From: an uncultured Oscillospiraceae bacterium
GTDB taxonomy: Bacteria; Bacillota; Clostridia; Oscillospirales; Oscillospiraceae
DNA length: 64,000 nt
Assembly (NCBI GenBank): GCA_964535405.1
Contig: CAZHUG010000004.1
Span: 7,392 to 71,391 of the forward strand
Reading direction: 5' to 3'
The notes under the pieces are model-generated. The model made no database searches. It was given only the letters and a program-made list of their open reading frames with translations, and was not told the DNA's origin. Each line of letters starts with the position of its first letter. Positions within the stretch are counted from its first letter, which is position 1. The position numbers and the translations under genes are program-made. This document shows, in pieces, positions 29,221 through 39,185 of the stretch.

Positions 29221-29300
29221 GCCAAAACCGGGGGTCTGCAGCACAGATGTGCTGCGGACTCTTGCAATTTAGCAGACCGGCTCAAAAATTCTATTCAATC

Positions 29301-29349
29301 AACATAAAATCAATCGACCACCAAAAAGGTGGTCGATTGATTTTATGTT
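29301..29349. terminator. Perfect 22-bp hairpin (bidirectional terminator)
   Basis: AACATAAAATCAATCGACCACC aaaaa GGTGGTCGATTGATTTTATGTT. Confidence 0.7.
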
Positions 29350-29370
29350 TTCCTGCCCGCTTACGCGCAT

Positions 29371-29799
29371 TCACTTTCTCTTTTTCATTCTCAATGCAAT
29401 GAGCTCCCTGGTGTCATCCAAAATCTCCGGCGTGGTGACATCAATCATCAGCCAGCGTCCGCCGTTAAACAGGCTCGTCCTCCCATAAAGCTCCCTGACA
29501 TACTGGGTACAGGTGGGCAGCAAAAATTCTGCATCCAGAGCCTCTTTTCTGCCAATGGAGACCATACACGTAAAATATCCCTCGGCAGGATACAGCGTGC
29601 ACAGTGCGCGCCCGCCCTTTTTGTACTTCAGATTCCAGCCGGCGGCTCCGGAGCAGATGCTGTGATCCACAATCGGCATCACAGCGTAGCTCTCCTCCAA
29701 ATGCCTGCGCAGCTCCTCCCACAGCGGGCTTGCGATATACTTGGACACCGCCGACAGGTCGGGCTGACTGCCCTTAGGGTAAAGTTCGTTCCAATTCAT
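29371..29799 (-). CDS. DUF3788-like protein
   Basis: Start moved to ATG 29799 (MNWNELYPKG), in an ATGA overlap with the upstream gene. Confidence 0.5.
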   Translation of the reverse strand: MNWNELYPKGSQPDLSAVSKYIASPLWEELRRHLEESYAVMPIVDHSICSGAAGWNLKYKKGGRALCTLYPAEGYFTCMVSIGRKEALDAEFLLPTCTQYVRELYGRTSLFNGGRWLMIDVTTPEILDDTRELIALRMKKRK

Positions 29800-30224
29800 T
29801 TGGCTGTGTGCCTCCTTCCAAGTGGATATTGTGCCCCGCACTCGCAGCAATCGCCGTCGTGCAGAGAAATAACGCCGCCGCAAACAGGGCAGGTGTAAAT
29901 CCTGCACTGTTCGATCATGAATTCCGCAACGCTGTGTTCTCTTACCCACAGACCGTTTTCAATAAGACTGACACCATAACGGTTGCGGTAGCTCTTATCC
30001 AAATTTTTTATTTGCTTGCAGCCAAATGAGTCGCAGTCCCGGCAATTTTCAACATTACGCTCCTCTACGCAGCTCTTGATGGCACATTTCCGGCAGCGCT
30101 CAGGCTTTGCGTCGTCCTGGGCGTTGCAACCCTGGCAAGGGTTTTTCCCTAAATGTTTATAGCACACGGCGCAGTTCATGCCACAGGGCGCAAGCATGCT
30201 CGCCACAAAATCAGGCTTTGACAT
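29796..30224 (-). CDS. Cys-rich DUF3795-like protein
   Basis: CGMNCAVCYKHL..CQGC...CRKCAIKSC...CRDC..C. Confidence 0.55.
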   Translation of the reverse strand: MSKPDFVASMLAPCGMNCAVCYKHLGKNPCQGCNAQDDAKPERCRKCAIKSCVEERNVENCRDCDSFGCKQIKNLDKSYRNRYGVSLIENGLWVREHSVAEFMIEQCRIYTCPVCGGVISLHDGDCCECGAQYPLGRRHTAK

Positions 30225-30244
30225 GAACTGCCCCCTTCAGACGA

Positions 30245-30517
30245 CTAGGCCTTCCAGCGCTTCAGCCGCGGCAGGAACTGCTTCATCATCTGGCGTGCCT
30301 GCTCCTCGCCCATAGCGGGGTTGCTCGAAACCATTGGCTCAACGCAAATCTCAATCATTTCATCCAGACCGCCGTCAAAAGTGAACTCGCCATTCTCATA
30401 GCAGTATTTGCAGTAATCTGCGCTCTTAGCCCCGTTTGAATCAAGACCGTACATTTCGTCCGTGCCGCCCATGGGCATGCCACAGCTCTGGCAAAATTTC
30501 TGGTTTTTATAGTCCAT
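30245..30517 (-). CDS. Zinc-ribbon domain protein
   Basis: Start at ATG 30517 after GGAGGAAG. MDYKNQKFCQSCGMPM...YCKYCY. Confidence 0.55.
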   Translation of the reverse strand: MDYKNQKFCQSCGMPMGGTDEMYGLDSNGAKSADYCKYCYENGEFTFDGGLDEMIEICVEPMVSSNPAMGEEQARQMMKQFLPRLKRWKA

Positions 30518-30579
30518 TGTATCTTCCTCCATTTGACTTGCTATGCTCATTATACCCAGGCAAAGCTGACAACTGTCTG

Positions 30580-31485
30580 TCAGGTTTTGTGATGATTTGC
30601 AATTTTTTGAGCATATTCTGAGAGTTGCTCCCTGAGCTTTTGCGGCTCGAGCACCTCAAGCTGTGTGCCGAAGGACAGAAGATAGCCCACCACCCAGCCG
30701 TCCATAGGGAATTCTGCCTCGACAAAAAAGCTGCCATCGGGCTGAGGAGTCACATTTTTACGGTCGAACTCATCGAAGACTCTGAAGGCACAGCTTGCCG
30801 AAACACGCAGCTTCAGCTTTGTTGTTGGAAAAGCCGGTTCCTCCACCTCCAGCGGAGGAATTTCGCCCTCATAATCCTTGGCAAATGTCTCTCCTGTAGG
30901 CGCTATCTCAAAAATTCGACCGACCTTAAACAAGCGAAAATCATCAGCGCGCAGGCAGAAGGCCTGTAAATACCAGTGCTTGTCTTTATATACCAGCTTG
31001 AGCGGACGAATGCTCCGCACAGTTGTATCGCCCGAAGCGCCGCAATAGCTCAGCTTTAACACCTGCTTGTTTAAAATAGCGTTTTTCAAAAGCTCAAACC
31101 GCGATGTATCAACACTGCTCAGACCCCAGCGGGAAAAATCCACCTCGATCCAGTTGCGGGAGCTTTTGCGAAACGTCGAGCCGAGCTTAGTGAGCAGCGC
31201 ATCCACGTTTTGGTCTGCAGCTTTGAGACTCTGTATGGAGAAAAGCAGCTGATCCTGTTCCTCGTCGGAGAGTATCGTCCTGTCGAAGGTATAACCCGGC
31301 ATAAGCGAGATGCCGCCACCCTTGCCCGGCACAGCGTAGACCGGAACACCGGCCATGGACAGCGACTCGACATCGCGATAGATCGTCCGCACCGAAACCT
31401 CCAGCTCACGCGACAGCTCCGGCGCGGTCATAGTTCCGCGCTCCAAAAGGAGGTAGATGAGGCTGAACAGACGGTCGTTTTTCAT
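30580..31485 (-). CDS. YafY-family regulator (HTH + WYL domain)
   Basis: MKNDRLFSLIYLLLERGTMTAPELSRELEVSVRTIYRDV. Central WYL-like segment KHWYLQAFC. Confidence 0.8.
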   Translation of the reverse strand: MKNDRLFSLIYLLLERGTMTAPELSRELEVSVRTIYRDVESLSMAGVPVYAVPGKGGGISLMPGYTFDRTILSDEEQDQLLFSIQSLKAADQNVDALLTKLGSTFRKSSRNWIEVDFSRWGLSSVDTSRFELLKNAILNKQVLKLSYCGASGDTTVRSIRPLKLVYKDKHWYLQAFCLRADDFRLFKVGRIFEIAPTGETFAKDYEGEIPPLEVEEPAFPTTKLKLRVSASCAFRVFDEFDRKNVTPQPDGSFFVEAEFPMDGWVVGYLLSFGTQLEVLEPQKLREQLSEYAQKIANHHKT

Positions 31486-31607
31486 GGCTTTCACCTCCGC
31501 ATTGTTTACATCAGCCTTAGTATAGCACAAAACCCTGACATGTATATGTCAGGGTTTAAATTTTCAGCTTGCAGGGCGGCTTGTCGGCAGAGTTCGCAGG
31601 CAGCCTA

Positions 31608-32423
31608 TTACAGCATCTGGCATTGCGGGCATATATACGAGGAGGTGCTGCCGGTTTTGATAAACTCAATGGTGCTGCCGCAATCCGGGCAATGCCCGTT
31701 TTCCCTGTACGCAATTATAAAGTGCTCATTGGTCAGCGGCCCCGGATTGCCGAAAAAGTCCATCTCGTAGTCAAAGGTGCCGCCATCGAGTCCGGATTTA
31801 AGTACCTGCAAAATGGACTTGTACAGCTTTTGAAAGCTCTCTTCCTTCATGTCGGATATCTTTGTTTTTGGGTGAAGCCCCGCAAGAAACAGAATATCAT
31901 GCATGTACATATTGCCAATTCCGCCTATGTTCTTTTGATCAAGGAGAAATGCTTTGATCTGAGTCTTTTTGCCGGCAAAAAGTGCTTTAAAATGCTCGTA
32001 GCTGAATTTGAGGTCAAAGGGATCTAGCCCTATATCCTTCGTGCTGCGTTCATTCGGCAGCTCCTCATCGGTGACCAGCAAAAACCTGCCAAACCACCAG
32101 TATCGGATGCTAAAGCCCGTGCCGCCCGCAAAGTCAAGTCTCACCTGATATTTGCCCTGCGGCCCGCCGTCCTCGAAATAGAGGATATCCGCGCCCATGC
32201 CTAAGGAGATGAGAATATTCTCCCCGCCGTCCAAGCGCAAAACGAACCATTTGCCCTTGTGTCCGACAGATTTCACCGTCCTGCCAAGGCAACGCTCAAT
32301 AAACTCGTCCGGAGGAATGTTCAAGTTTTTTTCCTGCAGAAGAGTCAGTGAGCTGATTTTTTTGCCGCTCAGCACGGTGTCCATCTGTCTGCTATATTTT
32401 ATTATTTCAGGAATTTCAGCCAT
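31608..32423 (-). CDS. Fpg/Nei-family DNA glycosylase homolog with an atypical N-terminus
   Basis: H2TH GIGNMYMHDILFLAGLHP and C-terminal zinc finger CPDCG...CPQC. N-terminus is MAEIPEI rather than MPELPEV. Confidence 0.75.
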   Translation of the reverse strand: MAEIPEIIKYSRQMDTVLSGKKISSLTLLQEKNLNIPPDEFIERCLGRTVKSVGHKGKWFVLRLDGGENILISLGMGADILYFEDGGPQGKYQVRLDFAGGTGFSIRYWWFGRFLLVTDEELPNERSTKDIGLDPFDLKFSYEHFKALFAGKKTQIKAFLLDQKNIGGIGNMYMHDILFLAGLHPKTKISDMKEESFQKLYKSILQVLKSGLDGGTFDYEMDFFGNPGPLTNEHFIIAYRENGHCPDCGSTIEFIKTGSTSSYICPQCQML

Positions 32424-32475
32424 TTTTCACCTCCGCCACAGGATGATTTCAGGATATGAAGAATACACAGGCTTG

Positions 32476-33237
32476 TCAAGCCTTTTCTGTGGAGTTGGAC
32501 ATAAAATAGAGTCCCATCAGCTCCTCAAAGGCCAATATTACTCTCCCGAAAAACGGATTGGGGACTTCACTGATCAGCGTCTGCTTCGACGCATCCACGA
32601 TAAAGGATATATCAGACAGCTTGGCCAGAGTTGAGTCCGCACGGCGCGAAAAGGAGACTACTTTGTAATTTTTTTGCCGCGCCTGCTCGACGTCGTTTAA
32701 AACCGCTTCGGATTCCCCGCTCTGCGAAATGGCAATAATCATGGACGGCACGATATTTGTCATGATCTCACAATCTCGCTCCTGTCGAAAAATCATATAA
32801 TCATAAAAGTGAACCCGGTTAAAGGTCATGAAGCCGCACACAGCAAGGCGCTGAACAATGTAGTCTGATACAACATCGGCAAAGCCGGCACCGGTGACGA
32901 AAAGCTTCTGCTCCCTGAAGTCCTTCAGCAGGCGGCAGAAGGCAGCAGCATCTTTGGCGTCAAAATTATCTATGAGATTTTCAAGTGATTCCCTGCGTGA
33001 CTGTATCGCCAAATCTCCGCTATGCTGGGCAAGATTATAAAAAAGCTCGCTATATCCGTCAAAGCCGAGTCTCTTGCAGAGCTTCATGATGAAGGCCGTG
33101 GAAACATAGTTTTCCTTTGCAATCTGTTGGATTCCAACTCTACCGGAGTTGCTCTCCGCATGCTTCACGATGCTCACAACGACACGCCGCTCATCCTCAG
33201 ACAGAAGGTTTGTTAACAGGTAGTAGTTGCCGGACAT
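32476..33237 (-). CDS. MurR/RpiR-family regulator (HTH + SIS)
   Basis: IQQIAKENYVSTAFIMKLCKRLGFDGYSE. SIS segment VTGAGFADVV...ISQSGES. Confidence 0.8.
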   Translation of the reverse strand: MSGNYYLLTNLLSEDERRVVVSIVKHAESNSGRVGIQQIAKENYVSTAFIMKLCKRLGFDGYSELFYNLAQHSGDLAIQSRRESLENLIDNFDAKDAAAFCRLLKDFREQKLFVTGAGFADVVSDYIVQRLAVCGFMTFNRVHFYDYMIFRQERDCEIMTNIVPSMIIAISQSGESEAVLNDVEQARQKNYKVVSFSRRADSTLAKLSDISFIVDASKQTLISEVPNPFFGRVILAFEELMGLYFMSNSTEKA

Positions 33238-33459
33238 GATATCACTCTTCCTTTTTGCAATGAAATTCCCACGACTTTTACCCAGTCGATATTAAGTCTG
33301 CTTCTAATATACTTTCTTTTCGGGAATTCTACAAGTCGCTTAGGGGAAAAGTCGTGAAAAACCTTCGTCAAATTTTGGATACAGCAGTTATTATACCAAT
33401 AGTAATACCCCCTGCACGAAAATTCTTGCAAGGGGCATTACTATTGACTTTCTGTGGCA

Positions 33460-34923
33460 CTAGAACGGGGAGTTGTCGTTTTCCGGTCTGCCCTGCTCCT
33501 GTAGTCGCGGCCAATCGTCAAGGTGCAGAAGCGGCAATGTCTCCGCGTATGCAAATGCAGCATCGAAAAAACGGAGCCTTGTCTCCTGCCAGTCTATCTG
33601 GCAAGCAATGTGCAGGGTGTCATTGCCGCCCGATGCCATATATTCACTCGTGGATACCGTATAGCTGCGTTCCGGGTCGATGGGCCTGCCATCCGGCAGC
33701 GTCAAGCCCAGCAGCTTGTTTGGAGACGGACGTCTGTGGTCAATTTCGGCATGAAATCCTGAAAACGCCAGTGCCGCATTGTTTCCGAAGCGTTCCGGCT
33801 CGTAGACTGACTCAATGAGTGCGTGCAGCTGCCGCCCCGTTATTCTCCCTGTCATAACAGGGTCGTTAAAACCGCACACCTGAGTGATCGTCTCCCGCGT
33901 CACCACCCCCGGTTCAATCCTTCCGCCGGAGCTCGTGGTATTCATGTACGCCAACTCGGTCCCCCCGCCGTGGCGAAGGCAGTCTGCAAGAAAATCGCCC
34001 AGCTTCGACTCTGTGGCAAGGCGCATCTCCCATTGCTCAACTGCCTCGGAGAGTGGATAGTTAAAGTACTCCTCAAAGGGCTCCGTCACGCCATTGACAT
34101 ATGCCGCAATATCCGGCGGTCCTTCGGCATTCGGATCGGTGTGAAGTACCTCACAAAACTTTTCCGTCACACGGCGCGCCGCCGTGTCAAACCGCAATCT
34201 GGCGTGGCCCAGACTCCAGCCGCCGAATCCGGCTTTTAAGATGCAGGTATTGTCTATGACATTGGCATAGTCGCCGGGAATATGACCTCCGATGCAGATA
34301 TCCACAGGCGGAATTTCCTGCAGCAGCTCCCACAGCTCACCCGTGATATTTTTGTCCTCATCATAGTAAAACGGCGCGTGCATGAGCAGCACGATAATCT
34401 CCGCGCCCTCACTGCGCATCTGCGGTATATAGCGTTTCGCAGCCCGGGCCGCGCTGGTCATTTCAAAGGGCTCAAAGGCCTTTTTCTCAACCATGTAGGG
34501 CGTGTACTCGGTGGTGAGACCCAGAACCCCGATTTTCACACCTTTGCGCTCAAACATCGCGTATGGCGACGTTCCGGCTATCGGTGAGTGCTCAGCTTTT
34601 AAGCGCACATTCGCGCAGAGAACAGGAAAATCGCAGGCGGCAATGCAGTCCTCGACAAATGCCTGACCCCTGTCGAATTCATGATTTCCCAAAGTCATTA
34701 CATCAGTTTTCAGCAGGTTCAGCGCTGCAACAATCGGCAATCCGCCCCAAAAGCTGGTGGAAAACGAATCCCCGGCATCCAGAAAAAGTGTCCCTTCCGG
34801 GTTTTGACGCCTCTGAGCCTCCACTGATGCGGAGAATGCTGAAAACCCTGCATCCTTGCTCGTTTTTCGCAGCCTGCCCGAGAAATCTGCATGGCAGAGA
34901 AAGTCCAATGTGATTTCTGACAT
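33460..34923 (-). CDS. Bifunctional metallophosphatase / 5'-nucleotidase, no signal peptide
   Basis: Start at ATG 34923 (MSEITLDFLCHADFSG). Motifs DAGD and GNHEFD; C-terminal 5'-nucleotidase-type domain. Confidence 0.75.
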   Translation of the reverse strand: MSEITLDFLCHADFSGRLRKTSKDAGFSAFSASVEAQRRQNPEGTLFLDAGDSFSTSFWGGLPIVAALNLLKTDVMTLGNHEFDRGQAFVEDCIAACDFPVLCANVRLKAEHSPIAGTSPYAMFERKGVKIGVLGLTTEYTPYMVEKKAFEPFEMTSAARAAKRYIPQMRSEGAEIIVLLMHAPFYYDEDKNITGELWELLQEIPPVDICIGGHIPGDYANVIDNTCILKAGFGGWSLGHARLRFDTAARRVTEKFCEVLHTDPNAEGPPDIAAYVNGVTEPFEEYFNYPLSEAVEQWEMRLATESKLGDFLADCLRHGGGTELAYMNTTSSGGRIEPGVVTRETITQVCGFNDPVMTGRITGRQLHALIESVYEPERFGNNAALAFSGFHAEIDHRRPSPNKLLGLTLPDGRPIDPERSYTVSTSEYMASGGNDTLHIACQIDWQETRLRFFDAAFAYAETLPLLHLDDWPRLQEQGRPENDNSPF

Positions 34924-34928
34924 AGTGC

Positions 34929-35747
34929 TCACCCCTTCAGGCCGCCGCGTGAAACACCTGTAACAATGCTCTTGCGGCAGCAAATAAACAGAAGTATCAT
35001 CGGAATTACTACGATCGTGGCCGCTGCCATCAGTCGCTCATAACGGATGCCGCTCGAGGACATGAATGCGTACAGTCCGAACGGCAGCGTCCGTACCTCG
35101 GTGCTGTTCGTCACAATGGCAGACCAGAGGAAGGAATTCCAGCAGGTTATTGCATTGAGCAGGCCGATTGTCACCAATGCGGGCTTGGAAATCGGCACCA
35201 TTACGCGCCAGAGATAGCGCCAGTTGCTGGCACCATCCACACGCGCAGAATAGTACAGGCTGTCCGGAATCGACAGGAAAAAATTGCGCAGGATGTATGT
35301 GTAAAATATGCTTGACGTAAAGGGAATAATCAGCGCAGCCAGCGTATCTACCAGCTCCAGCTTGACAATCGTGGTGTAGTTGGTGATGATGAGCATCTCA
35401 AACGGAATCATCATCAGTGAAAGCAATAGAGAAAACAAAATATCCCTTCCGGGGAACTTTAGCCTTGAAAAAGCAAAAGCCGCCAGAATGGTGGTGAGCA
35501 TCGTGAGTCCCACGCAAAAAATTGTAACGATAGCCGAGTTGAGAAAATATCTTCCGAAAGGCGCCTTGGAAAACGCGTAGACGTAGTTTTCAAACACGGG
35601 CTCTTTCGGGAAGAAAGTCGGCGGTGTGGTGTTAACCTCCGCAGCTGTTTTCAGCGATGAAATTATCATCCAGAAAAAAGGCAGCACCATGACTGCCGCG
35701 CCGACGGCAAGCAGAATGTACAAGATCGATCGTTTTGCAGTTTTCAT
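34929..35747 (-). CDS. Carbohydrate-type ABC transporter permease (MalG-like)
   Basis: Start at ATG 35747. Six TM helices; EAA-like loop YYSARVDGASNWRYLWRVMVP. Confidence 0.85.
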   Translation of the reverse strand: MKTAKRSILYILLAVGAAVMVLPFFWMIISSLKTAAEVNTTPPTFFPKEPVFENYVYAFSKAPFGRYFLNSAIVTIFCVGLTMLTTILAAFAFSRLKFPGRDILFSLLLSLMMIPFEMLIITNYTTIVKLELVDTLAALIIPFTSSIFYTYILRNFFLSIPDSLYYSARVDGASNWRYLWRVMVPISKPALVTIGLLNAITCWNSFLWSAIVTNSTEVRTLPFGLYAFMSSSGIRYERLMAAATIVVIPMILLFICCRKSIVTGVSRGGLKG

Positions 35748-35757
35748 GAGCTCCTCC

Positions 35758-36681
35758 TCAATAGTTTTCCCTTTTGCCCTGTATGAGCAATTGCACAACG
35801 GTAAAAATGAGTACAATGACAAACAGCGCGACCGCACTCGCCGCGGCAGGCCCAAGCTTCCATTGCTTATAGAACATATCGTAGAGATAATATACCACTG
35901 TGTAGAGCGAGTAGGCGGAGCCCGGCCTTCCGTTGAACAGAGGGAACAGCTCCGTAAACACCTTGGATGCCGAAATCATGTTGATTATCATGGTAAGTCC
36001 CAGCGTCGGCGCAAGCAGCGGCACTGTTATGCGGAAGAAAATTCTCGGTTTCTTCGCGCCGTCCGCCCGAGCCGCCGTGTAATACTGCGGGTTAATATTC
36101 TGGTATCCCGACAGTATCAGAATTGTCGTGAACGGAATCATGCTCCAGACACCATATATGATCAGAGCCGTCAGGTTATAGACGGGGTTGTTGAGCCAGT
36201 TGACCGGCGTTGCACCTAAGAGTGAGAGGAAGTAGTTTATCAAACCGTAATCGTAGTTAAACATCCACTTCCACACAAGGCCTACCGCTGTGATGGATGT
36301 GACCATGGGCAGAAAATAGCAGGTCTGAAAAAATCCTCTGAGCTTAATGTCGGAGTTTAGCAGAGTCGCGATCATCAGAGACAGAAGTGTGGCAATCGGC
36401 ACAACGAAAATCACGTAGAGCCCCGTGTTGCGCAGACCGTTGTGAAAGTTGGGGTCCGCGAGAATTTGCGCGTAGTTATTAAGTCCAAAGCCCGTGAACT
36501 CACTGGTAATTACATTGTAGTTTTCTTTAAACGACAGGATGATGACATTTATAAATGGATAGGCCACAAATATCAATAGCCCGATAAAAAACGGCGTCAG
36601 AAATGCTGCCGGCTCCAAAAATGTTCTGGCGCTTATTGCCTCCCCATCCATTTTCTTTCGTCTGTCAAATATCTTTTTCAT
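35758..36681 (-). CDS. Carbohydrate-type ABC transporter permease (MalF-like)
   Basis: YYTAARADGAKKPRIFFRITVPLL. Confidence 0.85.
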   Translation of the reverse strand: MKKIFDRRKKMDGEAISARTFLEPAAFLTPFFIGLLIFVAYPFINVIILSFKENYNVITSEFTGFGLNNYAQILADPNFHNGLRNTGLYVIFVVPIATLLSLMIATLLNSDIKLRGFFQTCYFLPMVTSITAVGLVWKWMFNYDYGLINYFLSLLGATPVNWLNNPVYNLTALIIYGVWSMIPFTTILILSGYQNINPQYYTAARADGAKKPRIFFRITVPLLAPTLGLTMIINMISASKVFTELFPLFNGRPGSAYSLYTVVYYLYDMFYKQWKLGPAAASAVALFVIVLIFTVVQLLIQGKRENY

Positions 36682-37736
36682 GCATATCGCTCTCCTGTAT
36701 TAGCATCGAAAAGAAAGACGCCCCGGGTTTTAAAGCCTACCGGAAACTCAGAGCTTTCAAAGTCCGCGCGCTCCCCGGCAATAAACGCGCGCATTTCCTG
36801 AGTCTCACCGACAGAAAACCGTATCAGCTCGTCCTTGCCAAGCGAGTAGCGCTCGCGCAGCTGCGCGGTGAACAGCGGCGCCTCCGGTCTTGCAAGGACA
36901 CTCTCCGCACGGACTGCCAAAACAACCGAAAGACCCTCCGGCAGGCTCTTCTCAAGCGGAATCGCAATATCGCTTCCATCCAGAAGTATTTTCCCCTCGC
37001 ATATTTTGCCGCCGAGCTTGTTAATGGGCGGAGCACCAAGGAAGTCGGCCACAAACAAATTTGCCGGTTCATCGTACATCTGTCTCGCGGAGGACTGCTG
37101 CTGTAAAACGCCCTCACGCAGCAGCACAAGCTGATCGGCGATGCTGCTTGCCTCCTCCTGATCGTGGGTGACAAACACGGTCGTTATCTTCGCCTCGCGC
37201 TGAATGCGGCGTATCTCCTCACGCATCTCCACACGAAGCTTGGCGTCGAGGTTGGACAGCGGCTCGTCCAGCAACAACACATCCGGCTGCTTCGCGAGCG
37301 CCCGGGCTATAGCCACGCGCTGCTGCTGACCTCCGGAGAGTTCCGCAGGCTTTCTCTTGAGCAGCGGCGTTATATGCACCAGCTCTGCCAGTTCCCCGGC
37401 GCGAGCAATGCGCTCCTTTTTGCCAATGCGCTTAATCTCCATAGGAAAACAGATATTTTGCAGTACCGTCATGTGAGGATATAGAGCATAGTTCTGAAAA
37501 ACCAGCCCAACACCGCGCTTTTCAGGCGGCAGCGAGGTCACATCTTTTTCGTCAAAAAATATTCTGCCCTCTGTCACCGGCATAATCCCGGAAAGCATAT
37601 TCAACGTCGTGGTTTTACCACAGCCCGAAGGTCCGAGCAAAGCTGTCAGCTTGCCGCTTTCAAAAGTGAGCGAGAGATCGCTGACGGCTCGGGTGTCCCC
37701 AAAATTTTTAGTCAAATGCTCTATTCTTATCTCCAT
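36678..37736 (-). CDS. ABC transporter ATP-binding protein (MalK/UgpC-like)
   Basis: GPSGCGKTT, LSGGQQQRVAIARAL, LLLDEP. Confidence 0.9.
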   Translation of the reverse strand: MEIRIEHLTKNFGDTRAVSDLSLTFESGKLTALLGPSGCGKTTTLNMLSGIMPVTEGRIFFDEKDVTSLPPEKRGVGLVFQNYALYPHMTVLQNICFPMEIKRIGKKERIARAGELAELVHITPLLKRKPAELSGGQQQRVAIARALAKQPDVLLLDEPLSNLDAKLRVEMREEIRRIQREAKITTVFVTHDQEEASSIADQLVLLREGVLQQQSSARQMYDEPANLFVADFLGAPPINKLGGKICEGKILLDGSDIAIPLEKSLPEGLSVVLAVRAESVLARPEAPLFTAQLRERYSLGKDELIRFSVGETQEMRAFIAGERADFESSEFPVGFKTRGVFLFDANTGERYA

Positions 37737-37740
37737 ATAA

Positions 37741-39033
37741 TTACCTCAATATCTCCTCGATGACTCTGCCATCCGTATTTTCCATTGAAAAGCCCAACAT
37801 ACGGGCCATGGTTGGCGCTTCGTCCACCATGGATCGGTGCCCGGTCACTACCGTGTGGCGTATGGACGGGCCGCTGGCAAAAAAAGTGGTAACAGCCTCG
37901 CGCTGTGGACTTCCGCCGTGAGTGGCTGCGCCTGTTTTTTTATCTCCCGGCTGCTTGCTGCCCCAAATATTCTCAGCATCGAGACTCTCGCCAAAAGTGA
38001 TCGGCAGCTTGCTCTCAATGGCAAAGTCAAATGGGCCGCAAAGCCCATATTTCTGTTTCATCTCTTCCTTATCGAGCACAAACTCAAGGCTGATGTCGGG
38101 ATCATTTTTTAAGCTTTCCAGATAATTCCTGATTCTCCTCATCAGAGCGGCATCCTCCGGATCACGCGCCTCAATGAAAGCCGCCAGGCCGGTGGAGTGG
38201 CAAAATGCATCAAAATCAGTTACATTTCCGGCGCTGTCAGTCTTTATGAAGCCATTTTGCTTTAACAGAACATTCATCAGAAGCACATCCCGAACATCGG
38301 TCTGGCCGTGATCACCCAGCACAACGATATTGGTTTCATCCAGCCCTCCCCCCCGACGCAGACCCTCCATCAGGGCACCGAGCTCCTCATCGTGTTTTCT
38401 GAGCTGTGTCTGTGTCTTTTCATGGAAAACGCCAAAGTTATGCCTCACAGAATCCAAATCGCACATCTTCACAAGCATTATATCCGGCTGTGGGTAATCC
38501 TCAAGGATATCCAAAGCTACAGCCATCGTGAACAGATCCAGACTCCGGTCGGGCCCTTTTATATAACGCCCATGCTTATAAAAATAGCGTTCCATAAGAT
38601 TATCCGTTGCAGTGCCCTTGAGCCACCGCTCAGGCTCATATCCCTGATAGCTGTATGGAACGATCATGGGAAAATTCATGTCGTAATCAGCTCCGCCGGA
38701 GACAGGCCAGCTCAGCGAGCAGGTGCTCAGGCCATGCCCACGCGCGATATCAAGCAGGGTGGGGTCACGAACCTCGGCCTTCATGCTATACCACGGCGAT
38801 CCGGTTTTTCCGCCGCGCTCCAGCCTTTCATTGTGTACGATTCCATGGCGTCCGGCATAGCTGCCTGTCAAAATGGAGGTATGGCAGGTATATGTCAGAG
38901 CGGGAAAAACCGGGTCAATCTTCTCGACCAGCGCCCCCTCCCTGAGTATCCGGCCGAAATGCGGCAGTGTTTTCATATATGGAATGTCTGACGCACAGAG
39001 CGCATCAATACAAAACAAGAGGAGACGAGGCAT
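37741..39033 (-). CDS. Nucleotide pyrophosphatase/phosphodiesterase (NPP, alkaline-phosphatase superfamily), no signal peptide
   Basis: Start at ATG 39033 (MPRLLLFCIDAL). The nucleophile region PALTYTCHTSILTG resembles the NPP motif PT.T.PNH.S..TG. Confidence 0.7.
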   Translation of the reverse strand: MPRLLLFCIDALCASDIPYMKTLPHFGRILREGALVEKIDPVFPALTYTCHTSILTGSYAGRHGIVHNERLERGGKTGSPWYSMKAEVRDPTLLDIARGHGLSTCSLSWPVSGGADYDMNFPMIVPYSYQGYEPERWLKGTATDNLMERYFYKHGRYIKGPDRSLDLFTMAVALDILEDYPQPDIMLVKMCDLDSVRHNFGVFHEKTQTQLRKHDEELGALMEGLRRGGGLDETNIVVLGDHGQTDVRDVLLMNVLLKQNGFIKTDSAGNVTDFDAFCHSTGLAAFIEARDPEDAALMRRIRNYLESLKNDPDISLEFVLDKEEMKQKYGLCGPFDFAIESKLPITFGESLDAENIWGSKQPGDKKTGAATHGGSPQREAVTTFFASGPSIRHTVVTGHRSMVDEAPTMARMLGFSMENTDGRVIEEILR

Positions 39034-39185
39034 TTTTATTTTTCTCCTTTTCTCTTTAATACAGGAGCGGCAGCACGGCACTCTATTCAATAGAACAACC
39101 AAAAACGGTTGTCGTTCAAATAGAATGCGCAGGTGCTGCTTCTCTCATCGATATTGGCAACTACATTTCAAATCAGCTGCCCTTT

